NCBI RefSeq assembly: GCF_000009045.1
Contig: NC_000964.3
Span: forward strand, 1,080,001-1,112,000
Direction of reading: 5' to 3'
Length of the DNA: 32,000 bases
DNA from: Bacillus subtilis subsp. subtilis str. 168
Lineage (GTDB): Bacteria; Bacillota; Bacilli; Bacillales; Bacillaceae
Below are positions 1 through 9,754 of the stretch, piece by piece. A program made the position numbers and the translations under genes. Numbering within the stretch: the stretch's first letter is position 1; each line of letters begins with the position of its first letter. The notes below the pieces were generated by a model. It was not told the origin of the DNA. It saw only the letters and a program-made list of their open reading frames with translations, and did no database searches.

Positions 1-132
1 CTTTTTCAGCTTTTGCCGGGCGTAGGAGCGGCAGTCGGCGGAATTGCCAATTATAAGCTGCTTGCTCAGCTTGGAGAAACGGCAAGACATGTTTTTCATC
101 TGAGGATATTAAAGGAAACAGCCGGAGAATAA
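1..132 (+). CDS. ecsC: 3' end (last 43 codons) of a gene truncated by the window edge; by remembered synteny probably ecsC
   Basis: Frame 1 is open from base 1 to TAA at 130-132 (LFQLLPGVGAAVGGIANYKLLAQLGETARHVFHLRILKETAGE*). The stop codon lies in the loop of a strong hairpin with a T-run. The gene name comes only from remembered B. subtilis gene order. Confidence 0.45.
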   Translation, partial: LFQLLPGVGAAVGGIANYKLLAQLGETARHVFHLRILKETAGE

Positions 133-151
133 ACACTCCGGCTGTTTTTTT
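116..151. terminator. Bidirectional rho-independent terminator shared by the upstream + strand gene and yhaA
   Basis: Stem acagccggag (118-127) pairs with ctccggctgt (136-145), with an 8-nt loop. A T-run at 145-151 follows on the + strand and an A-run precedes on the + strand (T-run on the - strand). The yhaA stop codon (150-152) sits in the T-tract. Confidence 0.75.
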
Positions 152-1340
152 ATAGCTGATGATAGGTGATCGCAGCGCCGGCAAGGACCTTGGCCGCTGT
201 CAGCATGGCTTTTTCGTTGATATCAAATTTCGGATGGTGGTGGGAATAGACTCGCTCTGGCTGTTCGGGAGCGGCGCCTGTAAAGAAAAAAGTGCCCTTC
301 ACGTTTTGTAAGTAATAAGCAAAATCCTCGCCGCCCATTTGTGGTTCACCGTCAATGACCTGCTGAACGCCCTCGGTATTCTTTGCGGTGCTCACCAAGT
401 GGTTCGTTTCTGCAGGATGGTTCACAACCGCTGGATAACCCTGTTCATAGGTGTACTCATAGGACGCGCCGTGCATGCTGCATATTCCTTTTACAACCGC
501 TTCAATTTCTTTCTCCAGAATGTCCCGGACATTTTCATCAAAAGAACGCGCTGTGCCGATGAGTACTGCTTGGTCTGCGATGACATTAAACGGATTGTCG
601 GCGATGAAGGAGCCTGTCGAAATGACGGCGGATTGAATCGGATTGACTTTGCGGCTGACAATGTGCTGCAAAGAGGAAACGATTTGCGAACCGATTAGGA
701 CGGCGTCTTTAGTATCATGCGGATGAGCGCCGTGGCCGCCCTTTCCGAAGACTTTAATCGTAAATCGGTCTGCCGCCGCCATTACGGCGCCGGGGCGGCA
801 GAGAATAGTTCCGAGCGGCTCAGTTGCCCAAAGATGAGTGCCGAATATCACATCCGTGTTTTCGAGACATCCGTCATCAATCATTGGCTTTGCGCCTCCA
901 GGATAATATTCTTCTGCATGCTGGTGGATCATCACAAATGTTCCCTTCAGTTCATGTCTGTTTTGGTGAAGGACCTTGGCCACTGCGAGAAGAGCTGCGG
1001 TGTGGCCGTCGTGGCCGCATGCATGCATGACACCAGGCACTTTGGAGGCGTAAGGGACATCTTTTTCATCTTGAATGGGGAGAGCGTCAAAGTCGGCCCT
1101 CAAAGCGACTGTAGGGCCGGGTTCGCTTCCTTCTATATTTGCTAAAACCCCTCTACCGCCAACGTTTGTGCGGATTGGGACTCCTAACGATTCATAATAG
1201 GAAGCAATAAATGCGGCGGTTTTTTCTTCTTGAAATGAGAGCTCAGGATACATATGAAAATGGCGCCTGATCTCAACCATTTCTTCAAAACAGCCGTCGA
1301 GCTGTTTGTTTATCTCTTTCTGCAGTGTGGATATGGACAA
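150..1340 (-). CDS. yhaA: M20D-family amidohydrolase (aminoacylase / N-acyl-amino-acid hydrolase type)
   Basis: 396-aa ORF with the metal-binding motif MHACGHDGH and an overall aminoacylase/hippurate-hydrolase-like sequence. TTG start at 1340 is preceded by AAAGGGGGAAG. Confidence 0.9.
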   Translation of the reverse strand: MSISTLQKEINKQLDGCFEEMVEIRRHFHMYPELSFQEEKTAAFIASYYESLGVPIRTNVGGRGVLANIEGSEPGPTVALRADFDALPIQDEKDVPYASKVPGVMHACGHDGHTAALLAVAKVLHQNRHELKGTFVMIHQHAEEYYPGGAKPMIDDGCLENTDVIFGTHLWATEPLGTILCRPGAVMAAADRFTIKVFGKGGHGAHPHDTKDAVLIGSQIVSSLQHIVSRKVNPIQSAVISTGSFIADNPFNVIADQAVLIGTARSFDENVRDILEKEIEAVVKGICSMHGASYEYTYEQGYPAVVNHPAETNHLVSTAKNTEGVQQVIDGEPQMGGEDFAYYLQNVKGTFFFTGAAPEQPERVYSHHHPKFDINEKAMLTAAKVLAGAAITYHQL

Positions 1341-1412
1341 AGCCGCTTCCCCCTTTTCTATGCTTTTCCATGATTGTATAGAAAAAGTCTGAATATTTCA
1401 ACTCATGCTGTT

Positions 1413-2804
1413 TTAAAGCATCATCACAGCTGCGAGGGTTGTCACCAAAAGGCCAATCGCGACGGGAATGAAGTTTTTTCTGGCAAGCTCAAAAGGATCA
1501 ACTTTGCAAATGGCCGCGGCGGGAATCAAAGCCCATGGGACCAGTGTTCCTCCGCCCACCCAGATGGCAGAGATTTGTCCGAGCGCGGTCAGAATAGCGG
1601 GATCGGCATGGAGAGCGGACGAAAAGAGCTTTGCGATGGAGCCGGCGAGAGAAATGCCAGAAAATCCTGAGCCGTCAAGGCCTGTTATGGCTCCAGCGGC
1701 AGTTAATGCAGTGGCGGCAAGCTCCTTTGACATAGGCATCATATGGGATAAAGCAATGCCAAGATCGTTGACAATGCCGTGGGAACCTTTAGGGAGTGAA
1801 GTGCCCAGTATGCTTTCATAGCCTGAGTCGCCAAGATAAAAGAAAGCGGCAATCGGGATGACGGGGCCGAAAACCTTAAAACCGAACTTAAATCCGTCAA
1901 TAAAATAGCCGGTGATTTTTTCAAGCCCTTTATGCTTATACACGAAAAAATGAACGGTAAAGAGGATACAAATTGCAGACCCGCCAATTAACGCGGTTGC
2001 ATCATTTCCTTGTAGGTTAAACAAGAGCATGCAGGCGATATCTGCAAGAAAGGCAAGCGGAATCAAAAAAGCCAGTATGGACCGCAGGCGTTTTGGCAAG
2101 TACAGCGAGTTGTCTTGTTCGCCGGAAAGAACGGGGGAAAAAGAAGTGGGATGCTCCTGTTTTTTGCGTTCGCGCTGAATCATGATAAAGGCAGCAGTTG
2201 TTGTTGTCACACCCATAATCAGCACAAGCGGAATACTGGCCGAGACGACATCACCGACTGGAATGCCTGCTGCATCCGCAGTCAGCTTTGGCGCCGCCTG
2301 AATGACAAAGTCTCCTGACAGGGCAAAACCGTGTCCGAATAAGTTCATGGCCATGGCCGCGGCAAGAGGCGTCAAACCGGCACGTGCGGCTGCGGGGAGC
2401 AGGACGGCGCCGATCAAAGCGACACCCGGAGAAGGCCAGAAGAATAGAGAAATGGCGAACATCAGGCCTCCAATCAGCCAATAGGCAGTCACAGGCCCTC
2501 TCACAAGGCTTGCAAAGGGAGAAATCATCGCTTCATTTATCCCTGTTTTTGTTAACAAATCACTCATTGAAACGATAAAGCAAATGATGAAAATCGTGGG
2601 CAGCAGTTCGCCGGCCGCATAGATAAAGCTGTGGAATAAACTGCTGACAGAAGCTGAAAGTGAATGGCTGGCCCATAGCGATATGATAAAAATGCCGAAT
2701 AGAGAAATAAATGTCGTGTCTTTTCTCAGCAGCATAAATAGGATAATTGCACCGATAAAAAACACATACAGAACATGGACAGGCAAAATCCCGACTTCCA
2801 TCAT
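1413..2804 (-). CDS. yhfA: Polytopic membrane protein, transporter-like (about 11-12 predicted TM segments)
   Basis: 463-aa ORF that is hydrophobic throughout. ATG at 2804 lies 6-7 nt after GGAAGGAG. It is 72 nt upstream of yhaA on the same strand. Confidence 0.85.
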   Translation of the reverse strand: MMEVGILPVHVLYVFFIGAIILFMLLRKDTTFISLFGIFIISLWASHSLSASVSSLFHSFIYAAGELLPTIFIICFIVSMSDLLTKTGINEAMISPFASLVRGPVTAYWLIGGLMFAISLFFWPSPGVALIGAVLLPAAARAGLTPLAAAMAMNLFGHGFALSGDFVIQAAPKLTADAAGIPVGDVVSASIPLVLIMGVTTTTAAFIMIQRERKKQEHPTSFSPVLSGEQDNSLYLPKRLRSILAFLIPLAFLADIACMLLFNLQGNDATALIGGSAICILFTVHFFVYKHKGLEKITGYFIDGFKFGFKVFGPVIPIAAFFYLGDSGYESILGTSLPKGSHGIVNDLGIALSHMMPMSKELAATALTAAGAITGLDGSGFSGISLAGSIAKLFSSALHADPAILTALGQISAIWVGGGTLVPWALIPAAAICKVDPFELARKNFIPVAIGLLVTTLAAVMML

Positions 2805-2869
2805 CGATCACTCCTTCCGCTTACAGATTATTCATAGGCGGGCGGAAGGTGCCGGGACAGAGGGGAGGG

Positions 2870-3184
2870 TTATGATGGAAGATGAACATTGATCTGTTTC
2901 AGCTGCTCAATCAGATGATGCCTTAATCCTCTATTCGCTTTTTGCAGATGTTTTGGGAAGCATTCAGGAGAAAAAATGACGCACCCTTCAGCAAGCCAGT
3001 TTTTTCTATAGGCGATGATGCTTTCCGATGGCTCTATATGAGTTATCCTCGTGCTGCATCTCGTACTCATCAAATCCGAACTGAAAACCGCAGCACGGGC
3101 AGATTTCATGAGAATGATTGCCTTCATGATCATATGGCGGTTCAGCCAATCCTTAAACCCGCAGACTGGGCAAGTATGCTTCAT
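2870..3184 (-). CDS. yhgB: Small Cys-containing protein of the CPCC zinc-ribbon type; intact 104-codon ORF but with an apparently out-of-frame internal segment (see findings)
   Basis: ATG at 3184 is preceded by GGGAGGAAAGCAAA. The ORF-track start at 3220 lies in the loop of the hmoB terminator hairpin and has no RBS. The N-terminus MKHTCPVCGF is a zinc-knuckle. The second knuckle (EICPCCGF) is only encoded in the alternative frame at 3006-3152. Confidence 0.6.
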   Translation of the reverse strand: MKHTCPVCGFKDWLNRHMIMKAIILMKSARAAVFSSDLMSTRCSTRITHIEPSESIIAYRKNWLAEGCVIFSPECFPKHLQKANRGLRHHLIEQLKQINVHLPS

Positions 3185-3198
3185 TTTGCTTTCCTCCC

Positions 3199-3228
3199 AA
3201 TAAAATAAGCTGCCGGACATGCCGGCAG

Positions 3229-3231
<3 letters not shown>
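3199..3231 (-). terminator. Rho-independent terminator (or attenuating hairpin) directly after hmoB
   Basis: On the - strand, AGCTGCCGG-CATGT-CCGGCAGCT forms a 9-bp GC-rich stem (3208-3216 / 3222-3230). It is followed by TATTTTATT. The stem overlaps the hmoB TAG stop at 3229-3231. Confidence 0.55.
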
Positions 3232-3756
<525 letters not shown>

Positions 3757-3796
3757 TCAAAACAATGGTATAAGTTTCTATTGGCGAGTGCTTCGA

Positions 3797-3826
3797 ACAT
3801 AATTCCAAACAATTTTTCCCATACTA
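3797..3826 (+). promoter_or_regulatory. Candidate forespore-type (sigma-G/sigma-F-like) promoter for pbpF
   Basis: ACATA (3797-3801), an 18-nt spacer, then CATACTA (3820-3826). This compares with the remembered sigma-G consensus GnATR-N18-CATnnTA. The -35 lacks the leading G. Confidence 0.35.
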
Positions 3827-3850
3827 CCTTTAGAAAGGCGAGGTGAGTTC

Positions 3851-5995
3851 ATGTTTAAGATAAAGAAAAAGAAACTTTTTATACCTATCATTATTTTAGT
3901 GTTAACTGCTTTTCTCGCTTTAATAGGATATATTTCAATTATTTTTCTCGGCCATTATGTCATAGATGAAAAAAAGCTTATTCTTCATGCTTCTTCAAAA
4001 ATTGTTGATCAAAACGGAGATGAGGTTGCAAGCCTGTATACAGAAAATCGCGAGCCGGTCTCGATCAATGAGATTCCTAAGCAGGTCAGAGAAGCGTTTA
4101 TCGCTGTTGAGGATAAAAGGTTCTATGAGCATCACGGCATTGATGCAAAATCCGTCGGAAGGGCAGTGTACCGCGATATATTAGCAGGCGGAAAGGTGGA
4201 AGGCGGAAGCACGATCACCCAGCAGCTTGCCAAAAATATTTTTCTGACACATGACAAAACATTTCTAAGAAAAACAAAAGAAGTGATCATTGCGATTAAT
4301 CTTGAACGGGATTACAGCAAGGACAAGCTGCTTGAAATGTATTTAAACCAGCTTTACTTCGGACACGGGGTTTACGGCATACAAGCGGCGTCCCACTATT
4401 ATTTTAATAAAGAAGTAAAAGATTTGACTGTATCTGAAGGCGCTGTTTTGGCCGCTATTCCGAAGGCGCCTTCTACGTACTCTCCAATTTTGCACCCTGA
4501 TAAAAATAAGGAGCGGCGTGATACAATTCTAGGTATGATGAATGACCAAGGCTATATCAGTGCGAAAGAGGCTGTCACCGCACAGGGCCGGACGCTTGGA
4601 CTGCATGTGAAGAAACAGTCGGAAACACCTTGGTTTGACAGCTACATTGACCTTGTGATCAAAGAGGCGGAAGACAAGTATTCCATTTCCGGAGAGCAGC
4701 TTCTTCAAGGCGGATACACGATCAAGGTGCCGCTCGATTCGAAGCTGCAGAAGACGGCTTACCAGGTGATGAAAGAGGGAAGCTATTATCCCGGAACAGA
4801 TCAGAATGCCGAGGGAAGCGCGGTCTTTATTAATAACAAGACAGGCGGTGTAGAAGCGGCCATCGGCGGAAGGGATTACACATCCAAAGGATATAACCGT
4901 GTCACAGCTGTCCGCCAGCCGGGTTCCACATTTAAGCCGCTTGCTGTATACGGACCGGCGATGCAGGAAAAGAAATTTAAGCCATATTCTCTATTGAAGG
5001 ATGAGTTGCAGTCCTACGGAGATTATACGCCGAAAAACTACGACAGCCGGTATGAGGGCGAAGTCACTATGTCTGACGCCATTACGTACAGCAAAAACGC
5101 GCCGGCTGTCTGGACGCTGAATGAGATCGGCGTCGAAACAGGGAAATCTTATTTGAAAGCAAACGGCATTGATATCCCTGATGAAGGCCTTGCTCTTGCT
5201 CTAGGCGGCTTGGAAAAAGGCGTTTCACCGCTCCAGCTTGCCGGCGCGTTTCATACATTTGCCGCGAATGGAACGTATACTGAACCCTTCTTTATCTCGA
5301 GCATAATAGATGAAGACGGAGAAACAATAGCCGATCATAAAGAAGAAGGAAAGCGGGTATTCAGCAAGCAGACGTCTTGGAATATGACGAGAATGCTGCA
5401 GCAGGTAGTCAAAAAGGGAACGGCCACGTCCGGCACCTATCACGGCGACCTGGCGGGAAAAACAGGTTCAACATCTTATACAGGCGTCTCCGGCGCGACA
5501 AAGGACGCCTGGTTTGCAGGCTATACGCCGAAAATAACCGGGGCAGTCTGGATGGGCTATGACAAAACGGATCAAAACCATTATTTGAAAGCCGGGAGCT
5601 CATACCCGACGCGGCTGTTTAAGGATATTTTGACACAGGCAGGAGAAACCGGTCATGTGTTCACAAAGCCTAAAAACGTTAAAGAACTGGAAAGCCCGAT
5701 TGAGCTGAAGCCGGTCAAAACACTCACAGCCGATTACACATTTAAAGCAGCGGGGCTCTTTACTATTGAATTAAAGTGGGACGCTCAAGAGGATGATCGG
5801 GCCGTATACAGAATTTATGTAAACAAGGACGGCGAGGAGACGCTTCTTGATTCGGTTGAAGGGAAGGGAAGCTATGAAATTCCTTATGCCAACTTATTTT
5901 CGGGCGCGTCTTATAAAATTGTGCCTTATAATACACAGACAAAAAGAGAAGGGGAAGGAACCGATTACGTTCAGCCAAAATTGTTTTCCTCTTAA
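3851..5995 (+). CDS. pbpF: Class A penicillin-binding protein (glycosyltransferase plus transpeptidase), PBP2c
   Basis: 714 aa with an N-terminal TM anchor. GT51 motifs are AVEDKRFYEHHGID, GGSTITQQ and RKTKE. Transpeptidase motifs are STFK, SKN and KTGST. RBS is GAGGTGA. Confidence 0.95.
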   Translation: MFKIKKKKLFIPIIILVLTAFLALIGYISIIFLGHYVIDEKKLILHASSKIVDQNGDEVASLYTENREPVSINEIPKQVREAFIAVEDKRFYEHHGIDAKSVGRAVYRDILAGGKVEGGSTITQQLAKNIFLTHDKTFLRKTKEVIIAINLERDYSKDKLLEMYLNQLYFGHGVYGIQAASHYYFNKEVKDLTVSEGAVLAAIPKAPSTYSPILHPDKNKERRDTILGMMNDQGYISAKEAVTAQGRTLGLHVKKQSETPWFDSYIDLVIKEAEDKYSISGEQLLQGGYTIKVPLDSKLQKTAYQVMKEGSYYPGTDQNAEGSAVFINNKTGGVEAAIGGRDYTSKGYNRVTAVRQPGSTFKPLAVYGPAMQEKKFKPYSLLKDELQSYGDYTPKNYDSRYEGEVTMSDAITYSKNAPAVWTLNEIGVETGKSYLKANGIDIPDEGLALALGGLEKGVSPLQLAGAFHTFAANGTYTEPFFISSIIDEDGETIADHKEEGKRVFSKQTSWNMTRMLQQVVKKGTATSGTYHGDLAGKTGSTSYTGVSGATKDAWFAGYTPKITGAVWMGYDKTDQNHYLKAGSSYPTRLFKDILTQAGETGHVFTKPKNVKELESPIELKPVKTLTADYTFKAAGLFTIELKWDAQEDDRAVYRIYVNKDGEETLLDSVEGKGSYEIPYANLFSGASYKIVPYNTQTKREGEGTDYVQPKLFSS

Positions 5996-6116
5996 TGGAA
6001 TTCGGCGATTTTTTGAACTTTGAGCTACATTTCTATACCATTTGCCTAAAACAAGGTATAGTGTAATAAGTCAAGAAATACGAACGTATGGTTGCCGTAT
6101 GAAAGGTGGAAATCAG

Positions 6117-7178
6117 ATGAGTAAACGAGAAACGTTTAACGAGACGTTTTTAAAAGCTGCGCGGGGAGAAAAAGCGGATCACACGCCTGTGTGGTATATG
6201 AGGCAAGCAGGGCGCTCACAGCCGGAATACCGCAAGCTGAAGGAAAAGTACGGATTGTTTGAGATCACACATCAGCCCGAACTTTGTGCGTATGTCACAA
6301 GACTGCCGGTTGAGCAATACGGAGTCGATGCTGCAATCCTTTATAAAGATATCATGACGCCGCTGCCGTCAATCGGTGTGGATGTTGAAATCAAAAACGG
6401 GATCGGTCCTGTGATTGATCAGCCAATCCGGTCTCTGGCGGACATTGAAAAACTCGGCCAGATTGATCCGGAACAGGACGTGCCGTACGTGCTTGAGACG
6501 ATTAAACTGCTTGTCAATGAGCAGCTGAACGTCCCGCTCATCGGTTTCTCAGGTGCGCCTTTTACGCTTGCAAGCTATATGATCGAAGGCGGCCCGTCGA
6601 AAAACTACAATAAAACAAAAGCCTTCATGTACAGCATGCCAGATGCATGGAATCTGCTGATGTCCAAGCTTGCCGACATGATCATCGTGTACGTGAAAGC
6701 GCAGATTGAGGCAGGCGCAAAAGCGATTCAAATCTTTGATTCGTGGGTCGGCGCATTGAATCAGGCAGATTACAGAACATACATCAAACCCGTGATGAAC
6801 CGGATCTTTTCAGAGCTCGCAAAGGAGAATGTGCCGCTGATCATGTTTGGCGTTGGCGCAAGCCATCTTGCAGGTGATTGGCATGACCTTCCTCTCGATG
6901 TTGTCGGGCTTGACTGGAGACTCGGCATTGATGAAGCCAGATCAAAAGGAATTACTAAAACAGTGCAGGGCAACCTGGACCCGTCCATTTTGCTTGCGCC
7001 ATGGGAAGTCATTGAGCAGAAAACGAAGGAAATACTTGATCAGGGTATGGAGTCAGACGGCTTCATTTTCAATCTTGGCCATGGGGTATTTCCTGATGTC
7101 AGTCCCGAGGTTTTGAAAAAACTGACAGCATTTGTCCATGAATATTCACAAAACAAAAAAATGGGTCAATATTCCTAA
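6117..7178 (+). CDS. hemE: Uroporphyrinogen decarboxylase
   Basis: 353 codons from ATG at 6117, preceded by GAAAGGTGGA. It carries the UROD signature [10 protein letters not shown]. The 25-codon N-terminal extension in the ORF track (TTG at 6042) has no RBS. Confidence 0.95.
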   Translation: MSKRETFNETFLKAARGEKADHTPVWYMRQAGRSQPEYRKLKEKYGLFEITHQPELCAYVTRLPVEQYGVDAAILYKDIMTPLPSIGVDVEIKNGIGPVIDQPIRSLADIEKLGQIDPEQDVPYVLETIKLLVNEQLNVPLIGFSGAPFTLASYMIEGGPSKNYNKTKAFMYSMPDAWNLLMSKLADMIIVYVKAQIEAGAKAIQIFDSWVGALNQADYRTYIKPVMNRIFSELAKENVPLIMFGVGASHLAGDWHDLPLDVVGLDWRLGIDEARSKGITKTVQGNLDPSILLAPWEVIEQKTKEILDQGMESDGFIFNLGHGVFPDVSPEVLKKLTAFVHEYSQNKKMGQYS

Positions 7179-7249
7179 GCATATCTTTTGGTATCTTAAT
7201 GATATCCTGTCAAAATGTTTGTATCAGATCATTAAAGAGGGTGTAAACA

Positions 7250-8182
7250 GTGAGTAGAAAGAAAATGGGGCTTCTCGTGATGGCGTACGGCACGCCTTAT
7301 AAGGAAGAAGATATTGAACGTTATTATACACATATCAGAAGAGGCAGAAAGCCTGAACCTGAAATGCTTCAAGATTTGAAAGACAGATACGAAGCGATTG
7401 GCGGCATTTCACCGCTTGCCCAAATCACAGAACAGCAGGCGCATAATCTGGAACAGCACTTGAATGAAATTCAGGATGAGATTACGTTTAAAGCGTATAT
7501 CGGACTGAAGCATATCGAGCCGTTTATTGAAGACGCCGTAGCAGAGATGCATAAGGATGGCATTACAGAAGCAGTCAGCATCGTGCTGGCGCCGCATTTC
7601 TCCACGTTCAGCGTTCAGTCCTACAACAAACGCGCCAAAGAAGAGGCTGAAAAACTCGGCGGCTTAACGATTACGTCAGTTGAAAGCTGGTACGATGAAC
7701 CGAAGTTCGTGACATATTGGGTTGACCGAGTGAAGGAAACATATGCGTCAATGCCTGAGGATGAAAGAGAAAACGCAATGCTCATCGTATCCGCACACAG
7801 CCTGCCGGAAAAAATCAAAGAATTTGGAGACCCGTACCCGGACCAGCTTCATGAATCGGCGAAATTAATTGCTGAAGGCGCAGGCGTTTCCGAATATGCT
7901 GTCGGCTGGCAAAGTGAAGGGAACACGCCTGATCCTTGGCTCGGACCCGATGTTCAGGATTTAACACGTGATTTATTCGAACAAAAAGGCTATCAAGCAT
8001 TTGTATATGTTCCTGTTGGGTTTGTCGCGGATCACTTAGAAGTGCTTTATGATAATGATTATGAATGCAAAGTGGTTACTGACGATATCGGCGCAAGCTA
8101 TTACCGGCCGGAAATGCCAAATGCCAAGCCTGAATTTATTGATGCTTTGGCAACAGTCGTATTAAAAAAATTAGGACGTTAA
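7250..8182 (+). CDS. hemH: Ferrochelatase (coproporphyrin ferrochelatase in Firmicutes)
   Basis: 310 aa with a GTG start after AAAGAGGGTG. Motifs are VSAHSLPEK and [14 protein letters not shown]. Confidence 0.95.
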
Positions 8183-8196
8183 AGAAGGCGATGAAC

Positions 8197-9609
8197 ATGA
8201 GTGACGGCAAAAAACATGTAGTCATCATCGGCGGCGGCATTACCGGTTTAGCCGCCGCCTTCTATATGGAAAAAGAAATCAAAGAAAAGAATCTGCCGCT
8301 TGAGCTGACACTTGTTGAGGCAAGTCCGAGAGTCGGCGGGAAAATCCAGACTGTCAAGAAAGACGGCTATATCATCGAAAGAGGGCCAGACTCATTTCTG
8401 GAACGAAAGAAAAGCGCCCCGCAGCTTGTTAAAGACTTAGGTCTTGAGCATTTGCTTGTCAACAATGCGACCGGGCAATCCTATGTGCTTGTAAACCGCA
8501 CCCTGCATCCAATGCCGAAGGGCGCTGTAATGGGGATACCGACAAAAATTGCGCCGTTTGTTTCTACGGGTCTGTTTTCCTTGTCCGGGAAGGCGAGAGC
8601 TGCTATGGATTTCATCCTGCCTGCAAGCAAAACAAAGGATGATCAGTCATTGGGAGAATTCTTCCGCAGACGTGTCGGAGATGAAGTGGTCGAGAACTTA
8701 ATCGAGCCGCTACTATCAGGGATCTACGCAGGCGACATTGACAAGCTCAGCCTGATGTCGACATTTCCGCAATTTTATCAGACGGAACAAAAGCATAGAA
8801 GCCTGATTCTCGGCATGAAAAAAACAAGGCCTCAAGGCTCAGGCCAGCAGCTGACGGCAAAAAAACAAGGGCAGTTCCAAACTCTGTCAACCGGTTTGCA
8901 GACCCTTGTAGAAGAGATCGAAAAGCAGTTAAAGCTGACGAAGGTGTATAAAGGCACAAAAGTGACCAAACTTAGCCATAGCGGCTCTTGCTATTCGCTC
9001 GAACTGGATAACGGCGTCACACTTGATGCTGATTCAGTAATTGTGACTGCTCCGCATAAAGCGGCTGCGGGAATGCTTTCTGAGCTTCCTGCCATTTCTC
9101 ATTTGAAAAATATGCACTCCACATCCGTGGCAAACGTCGCTTTAGGTTTCCCTGAAGGCTCCGTCCAAATGGAGCATGAGGGCACGGGTTTTGTCATTTC
9201 AAGAAACAGTGACTTTGCGATCACAGCCTGTACGTGGACGAATAAAAAATGGCCGCACGCAGCGCCGGAAGGCAAAACGCTGCTTCGGGCATATGTCGGA
9301 AAAGCCGGAGACGAATCCATTGTCGATCTATCAGATAATGACATTATCAACATTGTGTTAGAAGACTTAAAGAAAGTCATGAACATAAACGGCGAGCCGG
9401 AAATGACATGTGTAACCCGATGGCATGAAAGCATGCCGCAGTACCATGTCGGCCATAAGCAGCGTATCAAGGAGCTGCGTGAAGCACTTGCATCTGCGTA
9501 TCCGGGTGTTTATATGACAGGCGCTTCTTTCGAAGGTGTCGGCATTCCCGACTGCATTGATCAAGGAAAAGCTGCCGTGTCTGACGCGCTTACCTATTTA
9601 TTCAGCTAA
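8197..9609 (+). CDS. hemY: FAD-dependent coproporphyrinogen/protoporphyrinogen oxidase
   Basis: 470 codons from ATG at 8197, about 8 nt after GAAGG. The ATG at 8191 is too close to the RBS. The dinucleotide-binding motif is VVIIGGGITGLAAA. It lies 8 nt after the hemH stop, giving the operon order hemE-hemH-hemY. Confidence 0.93.
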   Translation: MSDGKKHVVIIGGGITGLAAAFYMEKEIKEKNLPLELTLVEASPRVGGKIQTVKKDGYIIERGPDSFLERKKSAPQLVKDLGLEHLLVNNATGQSYVLVNRTLHPMPKGAVMGIPTKIAPFVSTGLFSLSGKARAAMDFILPASKTKDDQSLGEFFRRRVGDEVVENLIEPLLSGIYAGDIDKLSLMSTFPQFYQTEQKHRSLILGMKKTRPQGSGQQLTAKKQGQFQTLSTGLQTLVEEIEKQLKLTKVYKGTKVTKLSHSGSCYSLELDNGVTLDADSVIVTAPHKAAAGMLSELPAISHLKNMHSTSVANVALGFPEGSVQMEHEGTGFVISRNSDFAITACTWTNKKWPHAAPEGKTLLRAYVGKAGDESIVDLSDNDIINIVLEDLKKVMNINGEPEMTCVTRWHESMPQYHVGHKQRIKELREALASAYPGVYMTGASFEGVGIPDCIDQGKAAVSDALTYLFS

Positions 9610-9638
9610 AACCTCCGCTTTATCGCGGAGGTTTTTTT
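9608..9638 (+). terminator. Rho-independent terminator of the hemEHY operon
   Basis: Stem cctccgc (9612-9618) pairs with gcggagg (9625-9631). It is followed by a T7 run at 9632-9638, immediately after the hemY stop. Confidence 0.85.
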
Positions 9639-9670
9639 GATGTGCAATGGCAATATTGTGTAAAAAATGA

Positions 9671-9699
9671 TTGAATTGAACAGCAGGTTATGATACATT
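9671..9699 (+). promoter_or_regulatory. Candidate sigma-A promoter for yhgD (extended -10)
   Basis: TTGAAT (9671-9676), a 17-nt spacer, then TGaTACATT (9691-9699). Confidence 0.35.
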
Positions 9700-9712
9700 T
9701 GCATATGTACTT

Positions 9713-9741
9713 AATGACTAAAATGTTCAAACGGTCAGTTT
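9713..9741. promoter_or_regulatory. Copy 1 of the shared element AATGAC-N15-GTCAGTTT (candidate YhgD/TetR operator)
   Basis: AATGAC at 9713-9718 and GTCAGTTT at 9734-9741. The core is TGAC-N15-GTCA dyad. The same 6+8 nt with identical spacing recurs at 10354-10382. Confidence 0.4.
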
Positions 9742-9754
9742 CGAGGTGAATACA

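Noticed and set aside
339-1145. Long antisense ORFs opposite annotated genes (339-698, 717-1145, also 9099-9470, 16570-16917, 22138-22518, 25134-25523, 29721-30131)
   Set aside because: These are typical shadow ORFs on the strand opposite strongly supported genes. None has an RBS and none contains a recognisable motif.
6013-6062. hemE promoter hexamers (TTGAAC at 6013-6018; TATACC or TATAGT downstream)
   Set aside because: Spacings to the candidate -10 elements are 15 nt or more than 20 nt. I could not identify a convincing pair.
6042-6116. 25-codon N-terminal extension of hemE in the ORF track (TTG start)
   Set aside because: There is no RBS before 6042. A good GAAAGGTGGA RBS precedes ATG 6117, giving the expected 353-aa UROD.
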